Shown piece by piece: positions 42,830 through 54,454 of a stretch of 64,000 nucleotides of DNA. The stretch's first letter is position 1; every line of letters starts with the position of its first letter. A model generated the notes under the pieces. The model had not been told where the DNA came from. It worked only from the letters and a program-made list of their open reading frames with translations, and ran no database searches. A program made the translations under genes and the position numbers. Origin of the DNA: Terriglobia bacterium (GTDB lineage: Bacteria > Acidobacteriota > Terriglobia > JAJPHL01 > JAPKYU01); the NCBI GenBank assembly GCA_965206645.1, contig CBDBKE010000003.1, positions 704,001 to 768,000 of the forward strand, written 5' to 3'.

Positions 42830-42847
42830 GGTAGTCTTCGAGTTTCC

Positions 42848-44023
42848 TCAGTGGGCTTGGGCGGTCGCGGGAACCCCGGCGGCGCTGCGCAAGTCCGCCA
42901 CCTTGTCGGTGCGCTCCCAGGTGAACTCCGGCTCGGTACGGCCGAAGTGCCCGTAGGCCGCGGTCCTCCGGTAAATCGGGCGCCGAAGCTGCAAGTGGTC
43001 AATGATTCGCAGGGGGGTCAGAGAGAAAGTGTCGCGGACCAGTTCGACCAGCCGGTCCTCAGGCATGGCTCCCGTCTCGAACGTGTCCACCATCACCGAG
43101 ACCGGCTCGGCCACTCCAATGGCATACGCCAGCTGAACCTCCGCCCGGCGGGCAAGCTCGGCTGCCACCAAATTCTTGGCAATGTATCGGGCCATATAGG
43201 CGGCGGACCGATCCACCTTGGAGGGGTCCTTGCCGGAAAACGCCCCGCCGCCGTGGCGGCCAACACCTCCATAGGTATCGACGATGATCTTTCGTCCGGT
43301 CAAGCCGGTGTCGCCGTGCGGGCCGCCGCACACGAAGCGCCCGGTCGGGTTGACGTGGAACTTGATTCTCTGGTCGCTCAAGTGGGAGGGCAGAACCGGC
43401 TTGATGACCTGTTCCATAACGTCCCGGCGGAGTTGTTCCATCCGAACCTGTTCGGCGTGCTGCGCCGAGATCACGACCGTATCCACCCGCACCGGCTGGT
43501 CCCCTTCATACTCGACTGTTACCTGTGACTTGCCATCCGGGCGCAGGTACTCCAGGAGGCCTTCCTTACGGCACTGGGTCAGACGACGGGTGAGCTTGTG
43601 CGCCAGCAATATGGGCAGCGGCATCAACTCCTCGCTCTCGTCCGAGGCGTAGCCAATCATCATCCCCTGGTCGCCCGCTCCCCCTGGATCCACGCCCATG
43701 GCAATGTCGGGAGACTGCTCGTGGATGGCGGTTAGCACGGAGCAGCTTTCATAATCCAGCCCGTACCGGGCATCGGTATAGCCCAGCTCCTTGATCGTGT
43801 TGCGAACGACCGTGGGATAGTCCACGACCGCCCTGGTGGTGATTTCCCCTGCAACCAAGGCCAGCCCGGTGGTCAGCAGGCATTCGCAGGCTACCCGTCC
43901 GGTGGGGTCTTTGGTCAGGACCGCATCCAGGACGGCGTCGGAAATCTGGTCGGCGATCTTGTCCGGGTGCCCCTCGGTAACCGACTCGGAAGTAACCAGA
44001 TAGTGAAGACGCGACTTGGCCAA
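42848..44023 (-). CDS. metK: S-adenosylmethionine synthase
   Basis: [54 protein letters not shown]. Confidence 0.98.
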   Translation of the reverse strand: MAKSRLHYLVTSESVTEGHPDKIADQISDAVLDAVLTKDPTGRVACECLLTTGLALVAGEITTRAVVDYPTVVRNTIKELGYTDARYGLDYESCSVLTAIHEQSPDIAMGVDPGGAGDQGMMIGYASDESEELMPLPILLAHKLTRRLTQCRKEGLLEYLRPDGKSQVTVEYEGDQPVRVDTVVISAQHAEQVRMEQLRRDVMEQVIKPVLPSHLSDQRIKFHVNPTGRFVCGGPHGDTGLTGRKIIVDTYGGVGRHGGGAFSGKDPSKVDRSAAYMARYIAKNLVAAELARRAEVQLAYAIGVAEPVSVMVDTFETGAMPEDRLVELVRDTFSLTPLRIIDHLQLRRPIYRRTAAYGHFGRTEPEFTWERTDKVADLRSAAGVPATAQAH

Positions 44024-44208
44024 TGAAGATGCCTCCTTCGCTCAACCTTACATTCTAAACCAGCAGGGGAGAATCACGATAGACACCCAGCCTTGCCGGT
44101 GGCCAGGCGCCGGTGGCCAGGCAAGGCGTCAACCTAGCAGAGCTTTCGCGGAACTGTCAAACAATTTCCCCCGGCGGCTCTCGCGCTCCGTTCCAACTGC
44201 TTGTCATT

Positions 44209-44312
44209 CTTCACGGAAGGCCGCTTCGGGCTTCACCGAAGGCCGCTTGCGGATGTCCGCAGCCTTGTAATTTGAAAAGCTTACCGAGCGTAGTTTGAAA
44301 AGCTTACCGAGC
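44209..44312. repeat. Two tandem duplications (22 bp and 23 bp) in the divergent intergenic region
   Basis: CTTCAC(G/C)GAAGGCCGCTT x2 (44209-52); GTA(A/G)TTTGAAAAGCTTACCGAGC x2 (44267-312). Confidence 0.85.
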
Positions 44313-44440
44313 TGGCGTCGTCATGGAGCAGTCAAGCCGGAGGTCGTCCCAGCAACCTGCCACAAGCAGAACTGCACGCAACTATTAGTGACCTCGGCCC
44401 GTCTAACGTGAGCAGGACAGTTTCAAGGGAGGGCAGCGTC

Positions 44441-44701
44441 ATGGCCACTGCGCTTAAGGCGTTGAAAGAAAAGATGATACGGTCGAAGGTCTATTGCACC
44501 CTCTGCACCCGAACCGTGGAGGCCCAGGTTGGTTTGACCACCAGCGTAGTGGGCAGGCGTCGTCTTGTTGCGTCTCCCGGGCAGAAGTGCCCGCGGTGTG
44601 AGGCTCCGCTGGATGCGGCGTTCGTCCTCAATAAACTCCCATTCGTTGCAGCAGTCTGGTCCTCCCAACCCACCTTAGCCAGCAGTTCGCCGCGCCCGTA
44701 G
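44441..44701 (+). CDS. Small zinc-ribbon protein (CxxC...CxxC)
   Basis: RBS GGGAGGG; YCTLC...KCPRC. Confidence 0.65.
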   Translation: MATALKALKEKMIRSKVYCTLCTRTVEAQVGLTTSVVGRRRLVASPGQKCPRCEAPLDAAFVLNKLPFVAAVWSSQPTLASSSPRP

Positions 44702-44813
44702 CGCAGCCTGACCGCTGCAGCCACGGGCCTGGAACCTCCAGGCCCGTGCTGACCTTGCAGGTGCAGGACTACCCGTTCAATCATTTAGAACTTCGACAGT
44801 ACAAATTTCAATT

Positions 44814-45425
44814 TTATTGTTTGTTGCAAGATTCCAAGTGTATTTGTAACTCTTGCCATTCCGGCACATCGCGCAAGGGAACTGCCAGCTCCAGCGGCGC
44901 CTGTACCTCGCGAAAGGCGTGGGGAGCCAGCGTGCCGCGCAGTTCAAACAAGAAGGAGGCCAGCGCCGGGCGATCGTGGCTGCCAGCCTGCCGCAGGTCC
45001 ACCCGACAGGAAAGATTCTCCAGTACCTCTCTGCTATGGTTGGTGACCAGGGCCATGACGCGGGCGCGCGCGGCCCGGTCGGTGTAAATCCGCACACCGG
45101 AAACCTCCAGGGTCCCGCGAAGCGGCTCAGCGCGCTCCGGGGGCAATAGCACTAGCTGGGGGGTGGTGGGCGCTGCTGCGGGCGCCGGGCGCGCACGCAA
45201 TGGCCGCAAGAAAGCCAGCACCGGAGGCAGAGCCAGGTAGACGATAACGGCCAACATCGCCAGGATTCCACCCATCACCGCCCAGCGCCGCGGCCCGGTC
45301 ACGCGCACCCGAACACGCCTGCCGCCGGGCAAAGGTTGCTGACTGGGACGCCCGGCGCACTGCGGACATTCCGATACGGATACGTCCAAGACACGACCAC
45401 AGCTGTTGCAAATCCACTGAAACAT
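44814..45425 (-). CDS. Zinc-ribbon / TM / Ig-like hypothetical membrane protein
   Basis: WICNSCG...ECPQC, TM helix, Pro/Ala linker, beta-rich C-terminal domain (VTNHS). Confidence 0.7.
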   Translation of the reverse strand: MFQWICNSCGRVLDVSVSECPQCAGRPSQQPLPGGRRVRVRVTGPRRWAVMGGILAMLAVIVYLALPPVLAFLRPLRARPAPAAAPTTPQLVLLPPERAEPLRGTLEVSGVRIYTDRAARARVMALVTNHSREVLENLSCRVDLRQAGSHDRPALASFLFELRGTLAPHAFREVQAPLELAVPLRDVPEWQELQIHLESCNKQ

Positions 45426-45625
45426 GATTGCCTCTTCCGCGACCACGCTGACGCTAGGGCATCCAGCATTTTACCGCCGCTCGCCAGCAAACGCGCCCCT
45501 TTCACCTTGACACCAACTTGATATCGGAGCTATTCTGCAGCTGGCTGATTTGCGCCGCCGACCTCCCTCGGAACGGAGCATTGGGCACCCTTTTCCGGGT
45601 GGCCAGCGGGGCCTGAGGAGGAGCA

Positions 45626-46008
45626 ATGGCCTCGACCCCCTGTATCCTCGCTGTAGTCGGTGAAGCGTCAGATTTCGGCACACCTACAACCCAGTGGGCT
45701 TACGCTGCACCGCGCGGATGGCCTGCTGGACGCCGTCCTGCGTCAGGCTGATTCCCCAGCCAGCGTAATGCTCTGCGATGCCGACGGCTTGGATTGGAAG
45801 GAAGCGGTGAATCTGTTCCGGCGCACGAAAACGCCCGGCGCGGTCGTCCTTTTGACTCGTCTGGCCGACGAGCGCCTTTGGGTGGAGACACTGGACGCCG
45901 GAGCCTTTGACCTGTTTGGAGAAACCCTACCGGCCCGAAGCCCTGTGCTGGGTGGTGTCTACTGCCCTGAAGCGCCGCTCGGCACAAGCTGCCAGCAGCG
46001 CGGCATAA
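45626..46008 (+). pseudogene. Frameshifted receiver-domain-like protein
   Basis: Promoter TTGACA-18-TATTCT (45507) and RBS GAGGAGG. MASTPCILAV shifts frame into ...VMLCDAD...VVLLTRLADERLWVETLDAGAFDL. An extra T at 45915-17 breaks LEKPYRPEALCWVVSTALKRR. Confidence 0.7.
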
Positions 46009-46080
46009 GAGCTCCCTCGGCTTACTCAGGCAACTACGCGGATGCATCCCACTCAGGGGGGATGCTCTGCGCGACTGCCG

Positions 46081-46212
46081 CTACCGCGCCCGCCGCTTGT
46101 TCCTCACCCGGCTGGCGTGCAACTTAGCTTTCTTGCGTTTCGGCTTGGAAATCAGAAAGGTGCCGCTGCCCATGTTCTTCGCTTGCCAGGTCTTTTTGGG
46201 TTCCTGAGCCAT
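46081..46212 (-). CDS. Very basic 43-aa protein, not in the ORF track
   Basis: MAQEPKKTWQAKNMGSGTFLISKPKRKKAKLHASRVRNKRRAR; RBS GAGGA 6 nt upstream. Confidence 0.55.
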   Translation of the reverse strand: MAQEPKKTWQAKNMGSGTFLISKPKRKKAKLHASRVRNKRRAR

Positions 46213-46356
46213 TCAATGTCCTCTTCTTCAGGCGAGCTACAGGGCTCGCTTCGGGACTTCAATCTTACACTCTCTCACTCGACGCGTCCAGCGGGCCGCT
46301 CCGGTGACGAGGCCGGTCGTTGGTGCCTGCAATCCTCAATCGAGCACGCAGTAGCC

Positions 46357-47634
46357 TCAATCGGGCACATGGTAGATAGTTAGGCCGGAGAGAAGCTTCG
46401 GGTAGAAGTCGGTGGATTTCTGCGGAAGCACACCTCCACTGAAGGCGATCTCTCGCACTTGTTCAATCCGCACGGGGTTGAGGAAGAAGCAGGCAGCCGC
46501 CCCGTCGGCCACTGCCTTGAGACCCGCTTCAAATTCCCGCACGTACTCCAGGAACTTTTGCTCGCGGACGGCCCGCTCGTCGATCCCCAGGCAGCGGGCC
46601 AAGAGCAGATTGTGCAGCACCACCACGTCCAGGCTGCGCTGGGCGGGAGATGATTCAGCCAGCAAGGCGGCCAGATCGGTTTCCGAGCGCAAGCGGAGCA
46701 GGAAAAAATCGGGGCTGCCCACGCCGGCAAGCGCGAGGCCGAGAGCCTGGCCGGCGCCATACGTAGTCAACCGCCGCCGACCTTCCTCCGGGCTCATCGG
46801 CAGCGACTCAAAGTAACGCCCCACGGATTCCAGCAAAGCGGCTCGGTCCAAGCCCGGCAGGCGCGCCAGCAGGCGGTGGGTGGGCAGGATGGTCAGCCCC
46901 GACGCCTCCATGTTCACCAAGGTCATCATCACCGCCTCGCACCGGCCACCAGGACGGTGTTCGGGCGAGCGCCGGCATTCCTCGCGAAAGGCCAGCGCAG
47001 TCTCGTAGCGGTGGTGGCCATCGGCGATCAGCAGTTTCTTGTCGGCCATGGCCCGCTGGATGGCTTCAATGGCCGCAGGCTCTTCCACGCGCCACACCAT
47101 GTGCTCACCGCCATACTCGTCGCTCAACCTCTGGAGCGGTTCGGCGGCCGTGGCTGCGTCCAGCAGGCGCTCCACTTCTCCGGCCGGGTCGGAATAGAGC
47201 ATAAAAAGCTGGCCGAAGTGAGCGCGGGTGGATCGCAGCAATTCCAGGCGATCCTGCTTGGGACCCGATAGCGTCTGTTCGTGACGGTATACCACGCCGG
47301 CCCGATATTCTTCCAGCCGGCCGGCGGCAATAAACCCCTTGCGAGTGAGCACCTGATCCGAACCGGGCAGATGGTATCTCAAGAAGTAAGGATAAATTGC
47401 AGGGGCCGGATCAGCTCGCAGCGCGCCCTCCGCCAGCCAGCCCTTCAGACGCGCCGCCGCTCCCGCGTAGTCTGTGGTCTTGAGGACGTGCGCCAGGTTG
47501 TAGGGGCTCAGGCGCTGGTAGCGCGACAGCATCGGGGCAGTGATCTTGTCGTAGGGTTGGGTGATGACGCTCTCCAGCGGACCTACCTTTTCTGCTGCGT
47601 AACGCAGAGCCGCGAAGGGGAAGACTTGGGCCAA
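46357..47634 (-). CDS. DUF1015 family protein
   Basis: PFAALRY, QPYDKI, RHEQTL, IADGHHRYETA, LPTHRL, PQKSTDFYPKLLSGL. TTG start after GGAGG. Confidence 0.92.
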   Translation of the reverse strand: MAQVFPFAALRYAAEKVGPLESVITQPYDKITAPMLSRYQRLSPYNLAHVLKTTDYAGAAARLKGWLAEGALRADPAPAIYPYFLRYHLPGSDQVLTRKGFIAAGRLEEYRAGVVYRHEQTLSGPKQDRLELLRSTRAHFGQLFMLYSDPAGEVERLLDAATAAEPLQRLSDEYGGEHMVWRVEEPAAIEAIQRAMADKKLLIADGHHRYETALAFREECRRSPEHRPGGRCEAVMMTLVNMEASGLTILPTHRLLARLPGLDRAALLESVGRYFESLPMSPEEGRRRLTTYGAGQALGLALAGVGSPDFFLLRLRSETDLAALLAESSPAQRSLDVVVLHNLLLARCLGIDERAVREQKFLEYVREFEAGLKAVADGAAACFFLNPVRIEQVREIAFSGGVLPQKSTDFYPKLLSGLTIYHVPD

Positions 47635-47672
47635 GGGTACTCCTCCGTCAGGATGATACAATAGCCCGAGCG

Positions 47673-48380
47673 ATGCAGATTCGCCTGCTGATTTTCGATC
47701 TGGACGGCACGCTGATTGACTCCAAGCTCGACCTGGCGGTGGCGGTCAACGCCACCCGCGCTTCCCTCCACCTGCCGCCCATGGACGAGGGGAAAATCTA
47801 TTCCTACGTCGGCGAAGGCGCGCCCAAGCTGATTCGGCGCGCGATTGGGCCGAAGTTTAGCGAAGAGGAGCTGGTGCGAGCGGTCGAGTTTTTCCTGGCC
47901 TACTACCGAGACCACAAGCTGGATCACACGCGTTTGTATCCCGGCGTGCCCGAATCCCTGGAGGCGCTCAGCGACCGCATTCTGGCGGTGCTCACCAACA
48001 AGCCGGTGCGCATCAGCCGGGAAATTCTGGAAGAGCTGGGAGTTGCCAGCTGCTTCCGCCACGTGTTCGGCGGAAACAGTTTTACTACCAAGAAACCTCA
48101 CCCGGAGGGTGTGTTCACGATCCTTCAAGATACCGGAGTTCCGCCCGAGCAGGCGATGATGGTGGGCGATTCCGGTGTGGACGTGCTCACCGGGCGCAAC
48201 GCAGGCATCCAGACCTGTGGGGTCAGCTACGGCTTCGCGCCGGAAACCTTCGAGCAGCACCCACCTGACTTGATGGTGGACAGCCTCTCTGAGCTGGCAG
48301 CGCTGCTGAACTCAGCCCCATCGCAATCCGGTCCGACCTTGGCTGTTCCACTGATCCAGGACAGCAAGCCCCTTCCTTAG
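47673..48380 (+). CDS. HAD hydrolase, phosphoglycolate phosphatase-like
   Basis: FDLDGTLIDS, LYPGV, LTNKP, KKPHP, MVGDSGVD. Confidence 0.9.
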   Translation: MQIRLLIFDLDGTLIDSKLDLAVAVNATRASLHLPPMDEGKIYSYVGEGAPKLIRRAIGPKFSEEELVRAVEFFLAYYRDHKLDHTRLYPGVPESLEALSDRILAVLTNKPVRISREILEELGVASCFRHVFGGNSFTTKKPHPEGVFTILQDTGVPPEQAMMVGDSGVDVLTGRNAGIQTCGVSYGFAPETFEQHPPDLMVDSLSELAALLNSAPSQSGPTLAVPLIQDSKPLP

Positions 48381-48724
48381 AAGTTCCCGTTTCCGGCAAT
48401 TCATCTCCAACACCCGCTCAGCTGTGCGCTACTGGATGTATAACGCGCTTATCGGAAACTGACCCACTAGCCAGCGCCGACCGAGCGGCTTAGTGGTTGC
48501 CGGTTCGGGAGGTCTTGATTAGCAGCTTTCGGGTCTACGTGCGGCAGTCAGGCCAGAGTTAAGAGCGGTCCCTAAATAGCAGTGCCACTATCTAGATGAC
48601 GGGTGGCGGAATCGCTATCCTGGGTTTCAGATGATCTTCAGTATTCATATGCGCACACTATCGCAGGGGGCCCTAGCTCTTGTTTAGGTCGCTGTAGGCG
48701 ATGGTCCAGGTTGCACACGAGACG

Positions 48725-49138
48725 CTACTCTCCTCGAATTTCCGTGAAGAAATAGAGGGTAAGACCATCCGGCTCAGACACGCAGAAACTCCGGTGGCCC
48801 CAATCCTGGTCTCTTATTTCCTGCTTGATTGCGAGCCCCTTCTCGACTGCGAGCAGATACTCTTCCTCGACGTCGCCCACCTCGATCACCATGAACACAC
48901 CTTGCGGAGGCCTGTCATCCCAGAGGTGAGATGATTCGCCGCACTTCGGCAGCGCCAGCACCTCGATCACCCCAGACGCGGCACCAAAGAGGATCCCTCG
49001 GTCATCGGGATTGCGGTCCCAGGATTCTATGACGGGAAGCTCCAACCCGTCCCGATAGAATGTGACAGTCGCCTCGTACGCGGGGGTGAAGTACGAAAAC
49101 CGGAACTGGCCTTTACTCACAACAATCCTCCGGGCCAA
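48725..49138 (-). CDS. VOC/glyoxalase family protein
   Basis: FYRDGLEL, IEVGDVEE, QDWGHRSFCVSEPDG. Confidence 0.85.
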   Translation of the reverse strand: MARRIVVSKGQFRFSYFTPAYEATVTFYRDGLELPVIESWDRNPDDRGILFGAASGVIEVLALPKCGESSHLWDDRPPQGVFMVIEVGDVEEEYLLAVEKGLAIKQEIRDQDWGHRSFCVSEPDGLTLYFFTEIRGE

Positions 49139-49481
49139 TCGAGCCTAAAAACAAGGGGGCGCGCCTTAACATCCATACCCTTAGCTTCATTTTCTCCACA
49201 GGACACAGGCTAGGCAAGGCGTCTTTTCCCAAGGCGACAGGCTGCCCCATCGCCTTTTCCGAGGTCCGCGACTGGCCATGCCACGTCGCCGCTCATCCCT
49301 GACACCCCTCGATGCAAAGCAAAGCGGGGCCAGTTGGCGCAGGAACCTCTACCTGACAAGGCGGGGCCTATCTACTCTCAGCTATTAAAGTGACGCTGCC
49401 TCTAAGGTAGGCACTTGTCCGGTAAGCCGACTACACGGCCTCCAAGAGAGCCGGCCTTAAGTGGGCCGGCCGGTCACGGGA

Positions 49482-49796
49482 CTAGTGCGTGACGCGCCGA
49501 ATGTGGGCCAATTCCCGGTGCTGCTCAGGCGAGATGAGCCCCAGCTCCAGCGCTTCGTCCAGGATGTAGAGGACTTGGGGCGAGGTGGCAGCTGTGTGGG
49601 CGTAGAGGTTCCAATAGCGTTTGGAGCGCATCTGGTGCTGGTGGATCGCTTCGTCCACCGCAAACACAGTCCCCTCGCCCTCGCGCCAGCGCTGGATCGT
49701 CTCCTCCACCGGGGCCAGCGATTCGGCCAGCCTTCGCTCGTGCACCTGCGCAATCACGGCGCGGATGCGCCTCTCCAGGCTTTTGGGAAGCGCCAT
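49482..49796 (-). CDS. Hypothetical helical protein (104 aa)
   Basis: Starts 1 bp after the gpmI stop, with typical codon usage. Confidence 0.7.
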   Translation of the reverse strand: MALPKSLERRIRAVIAQVHERRLAESLAPVEETIQRWREGEGTVFAVDEAIHQHQMRSKRYWNLYAHTAATSPQVLYILDEALELGLISPEQHRELAHIRRVTH

Positions 49797-49797
49797 C

Positions 49798-51345
49798 TCA
49801 GGCGGAACCTGGCAACAGGCGCAGGTCGCTGCCGCTCATCTCTTTCGGCTGGGGCAGGCCGAGCATGCTCAGGACCGTGGGAGCGATGTCGCGCAACGAG
49901 CCGTCGGTGCGCAGCTTCCAGGCGGAGGCGCCTTCGGCGGCGATCAGCAGCGGCACCGGGTTGGTGGTATGGAAGGTGTGGGGACCACCGCTGGCTGGGT
50001 CCACCATGACCTCGGCATTGCCGTGGTCGGCGGTGACGATCAGCGCGCCTCCTCTTTGTCGCAACGCGCGATGAACCCGGCCCAAGCAGGCATCCACCGC
50101 TTCGACGGCCCGCGTCGTCGGCTCCAGTTTCCCGGAGTGGCCCACCATGTCGGCGTTGGCAAAATTGACCACCAGCAGGTCAAAGGACCCGGAGGCCACC
50201 GCCTTCTCCACCGCTTCGGCGATTCCCTCCGCGCTCATCTGGGGCATCAGGTCGTAGGTGGCCACCTTGGGGGACGGCACCAGCATGCGCTCCTCCCCGG
50301 CATAAGGTTTCTCGACGCCTCCGTTAAAAAAGTAAGTGACGTGCGCGTATTTTTCCGTCTCGGCCACGCGCAGATTCTTCAAACCCTCAGCGGCCAGGAT
50401 CTGGGCCAGGATCTTGTCGGAGGTTTGGGGCTGGAGCAGGAAGGGCACCTCCAGGGTCTTGTCGTAGCGGGTCATGCCCACGAAAAAGAGGTCGCGGGGC
50501 ACGGTCGAGCGCGGGGGCTGCTCCAGTTCGGGATCGGTGAGGGCGCGCGTCATCTGGCGGGCGCGGTCGGCGCGGTAATTGAAGAAGATGACCGCGTCGC
50601 CCTCGCGGATGCGGGCCAGCGGCTCGCCGCGTTCGTCGGTCAGCACGATCGGTTCGATGAACTCGTCGGTGACGTCGTGCTCGTAGCTGGCCCGGACCGC
50701 GGCCAGCGGGTCGCGGGCGCGGAGGCCTTCGCCCAGCACCATGGCGTTGTAGGCGCGCTCGATGCGCGGCCAGCGCTTGTCGCGATCCATGGCGTAGTAG
50801 CGCCCGTTGACAGTGGCGATCTGCCCAACGCCGTAAGTGCGCATCCGCTGCTGGAGCTGCTCAAGGAACCCGACGCCGCTGTGGGGCGGCGTATCGCGGC
50901 CGTCCATGAAGGCATGGACGAAGGTGCGCTCTACCTTGTTCTCGGCGGCCATGCGCAGCAGCGCATAGAGGTGCGTCAAGTGGGAGTGAACCCCGCCGTC
51001 GCTGACCAGACCCATCAGGTGCAACTGGCGCGGCCGGGCGTGCTCCATGGCCTGGAGCAGCAGCGGCTGATGAAACAACTCGCCGTTCTCAATCATCAGG
51101 TCCAGCCGGGTCACGTCCATGTTGATCACCCGGCCCGCGCCCATGTTGAGGTGGCCCACTTCGCTGTTGCCCATCTGCCCGTCGGGCAGGCCGACGGCCC
51201 GTCCCGAGGTATGGATCAGGGTGTGGGGGAAAGACGAGGCCAGCTCTTCCCAGGTGGGTTTGCGGGCCAGGGCGATCGCGTTGTTCTCCGCCTTGGGGCT
51301 GTGCCCCCACCCATCCAGGATCACTAACACCAGCGGCCGCGGCAT
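49798..51345 (-). CDS. gpmI: 2,3-bisphosphoglycerate-independent phosphoglycerate mutase
   Basis: [54 protein letters not shown]. Confidence 0.97.
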   Translation of the reverse strand: MPRPLVLVILDGWGHSPKAENNAIALARKPTWEELASSFPHTLIHTSGRAVGLPDGQMGNSEVGHLNMGAGRVINMDVTRLDLMIENGELFHQPLLLQAMEHARPRQLHLMGLVSDGGVHSHLTHLYALLRMAAENKVERTFVHAFMDGRDTPPHSGVGFLEQLQQRMRTYGVGQIATVNGRYYAMDRDKRWPRIERAYNAMVLGEGLRARDPLAAVRASYEHDVTDEFIEPIVLTDERGEPLARIREGDAVIFFNYRADRARQMTRALTDPELEQPPRSTVPRDLFFVGMTRYDKTLEVPFLLQPQTSDKILAQILAAEGLKNLRVAETEKYAHVTYFFNGGVEKPYAGEERMLVPSPKVATYDLMPQMSAEGIAEAVEKAVASGSFDLLVVNFANADMVGHSGKLEPTTRAVEAVDACLGRVHRALRQRGGALIVTADHGNAEVMVDPASGGPHTFHTTNPVPLLIAAEGASAWKLRTDGSLRDIAPTVLSMLGLPQPKEMSGSDLRLLPGSA

Positions 51346-51355
51346 TGTTTTCTCG

Positions 51356-52717
<1,362 letters not shown>

Positions 52718-53971
52718 TCACTCGACGGCGAACGCAAGTTCTTCTCCGAACTCCCGCGTGGCGGCCTCCCGCGGCACCACCACAATCCCCGAGTCGGTGA
52801 CATGATAGCCGCGGGCCTGGTCCTGCTCCAAATTAAACCCGATCTCGCTGTTCTCCGGAATCTGCACATCGCGGTCAATGATCGCCCGGCGGATACGGCT
52901 GTAGCGCCCCACGTTCACCCCGGAGAACAGGATCGAGCTGTCCACCTCAGAGTAGCTGTTGATGCGCACCGAGTGCGACAGCACGCTGCTGATCACGCGG
53001 CCGCCGCTGATAATGCAACCCGAGCCGACGATGGAATTCATGGCAACACCCACGCGGTGGCCTTCGTCGGCAAACACGAACTTGGCGGGAGGCGATTGCG
53101 GCGGGTAAGTCCGGATGGGCCAATGCGCATCGTAAAGGTTGAACACCGGACTCACCGCCACCAGGTCCATGTTGGCTTCGTAGTAAGCGTCCACGGTCCC
53201 CACGTCGCGCCAGTAAAGCTCTTTCTTGTTCTCATCAATGAAGTCGAAGGCATGGACGCGGTACTGCCCAATGGCTCGCGGCAGGATATCATGGCCGAAA
53301 TCGTGAGCGGAGGTGGCATCCTCGGCGTCCTGGCGCAGCGCTTCGACGAGCACCTGAGTACTGAAGACGTAGATGCCCATGGAGGCGCTGATCATCTCCG
53401 GATTATACGGGGAGCGCGACTGCGGAACGGCCGGCTTCTCCTCGAAACCGATCACGCGCCCGTCGCCGTCCACCTCGACCACCCCGAAGCGGTAGGCCTG
53501 CTCGGCCTTTTCCTGAATCGTGCCCACCGTAATCTCGGCTCCGGACCGCACGTGCTGGGCCACCATCCTGGCATAATTCATCTTGTAGATGTGGTCGGCG
53601 GCCAGAACCAGCGCGTAGCGCAGCTCTTCCTGTCCTACGATGCTGTACAGGTTTTGATAGACGGCGTCGGCGGTCCCCAGGTACCAATCTTCACTGATCC
53701 GCTTCGTGGGCGGCAGGACCTCGATGAACTCACCCAGCTGCGGCGCCAGGATGCTCCAACCCTCGCGGAGGTGGCGATTGAGCGACAGCGCCTTGTACTG
53801 AGTCAAGATGAAGATGCGGCGCAGTCCGGAATTAATGCAATTGCTGAGGGTAATATCAATGATGCGGTAGCTGCCCCCAAAAGTGACGGCTGGCTTGGCG
53901 CGGTCACGGGTCAGCGGGTATAGCCGCTCGCCGGCGCCTCCCGCCAGCAGAAGAGTCAACACCTGATTCAT
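52718..53971 (-). CDS. glgC: Glucose-1-phosphate adenylyltransferase
   Basis: LAGGAGERLYPLT, AKPAVTFGG, WYLGTADAV, DHIYKM, EEKP, SMGIYVF, YWRDVG. Confidence 0.97.
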   Translation of the reverse strand: MNQVLTLLLAGGAGERLYPLTRDRAKPAVTFGGSYRIIDITLSNCINSGLRRIFILTQYKALSLNRHLREGWSILAPQLGEFIEVLPPTKRISEDWYLGTADAVYQNLYSIVGQEELRYALVLAADHIYKMNYARMVAQHVRSGAEITVGTIQEKAEQAYRFGVVEVDGDGRVIGFEEKPAVPQSRSPYNPEMISASMGIYVFSTQVLVEALRQDAEDATSAHDFGHDILPRAIGQYRVHAFDFIDENKKELYWRDVGTVDAYYEANMDLVAVSPVFNLYDAHWPIRTYPPQSPPAKFVFADEGHRVGVAMNSIVGSGCIISGGRVISSVLSHSVRINSYSEVDSSILFSGVNVGRYSRIRRAIIDRDVQIPENSEIGFNLEQDQARGYHVTDSGIVVVPREAATREFGEELAFAVE

Positions 53972-54326
53972 GTCGTTTCCGGCCAGAGGACCTTCTTGCC
54001 CAGGCTGGTTCGGGCAGCGTTCACCGCAGCTCCCTCCGGCGGCCTGGGCCGGCAGGGTGCGCCAAGCGGAAAATCCCCCCCCTAGTGTACCGCACAACAT
54101 GGTTTCAAAGCCACGCCAGGCAACCCAAGGTAACGGGTCAGTTTCCCGAGAAGCCGACTATTCGTCCAACTGAAACCGGGCCAACTGACACCGGGATTGA
54201 TAAACGCTAGCCCGTTTGTGGGGACCTATCCGGCATCGCTGGAGGCAAGGCGGTGTATCTCGTGCCGCTTGGACTCCGCCAGTACAGCATCGGAAGACCA
54301 CCGTCGCGACTGGTCGGCTCCCCGCG

Positions 54327-54355
54327 TTGACTTGCCTGCGGCCGGGGCGTAGCAT
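54327..54355 (+). promoter_or_regulatory. Putative sigma70 promoter of the kinase locus
   Basis: TTGACT-17 nt-TAGCAT. Confidence 0.55.
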
Positions 54356-54382
54356 GGCCGCCAAGAGGGAGGCTTCTTGCCC

Positions 54383-54454
54383 ATGGTCGGCCGGACGCTC
54401 GGGCACTACCGCATCCTGGAGAAGCTGAGTTGGAGCAGGGGTGTGGCTGGATGA
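54383..54454 (+). pseudogene. 23-codon remnant of a paralogous kinase N-terminus, overlapping the main kinase start (ATGA)
   Basis: RBS GGGAGG; MVGRTLGHYRILEKL resembles MVGKTISRYRVLAKL in the downstream kinase. Confidence 0.7.

Noticed and set aside
44024-44400. SAM or SAH riboswitch upstream of metK-ahcY
   Set aside because: No SAM-I/II or SAH consensus recognised by eye; an Rfam scan would be decisive
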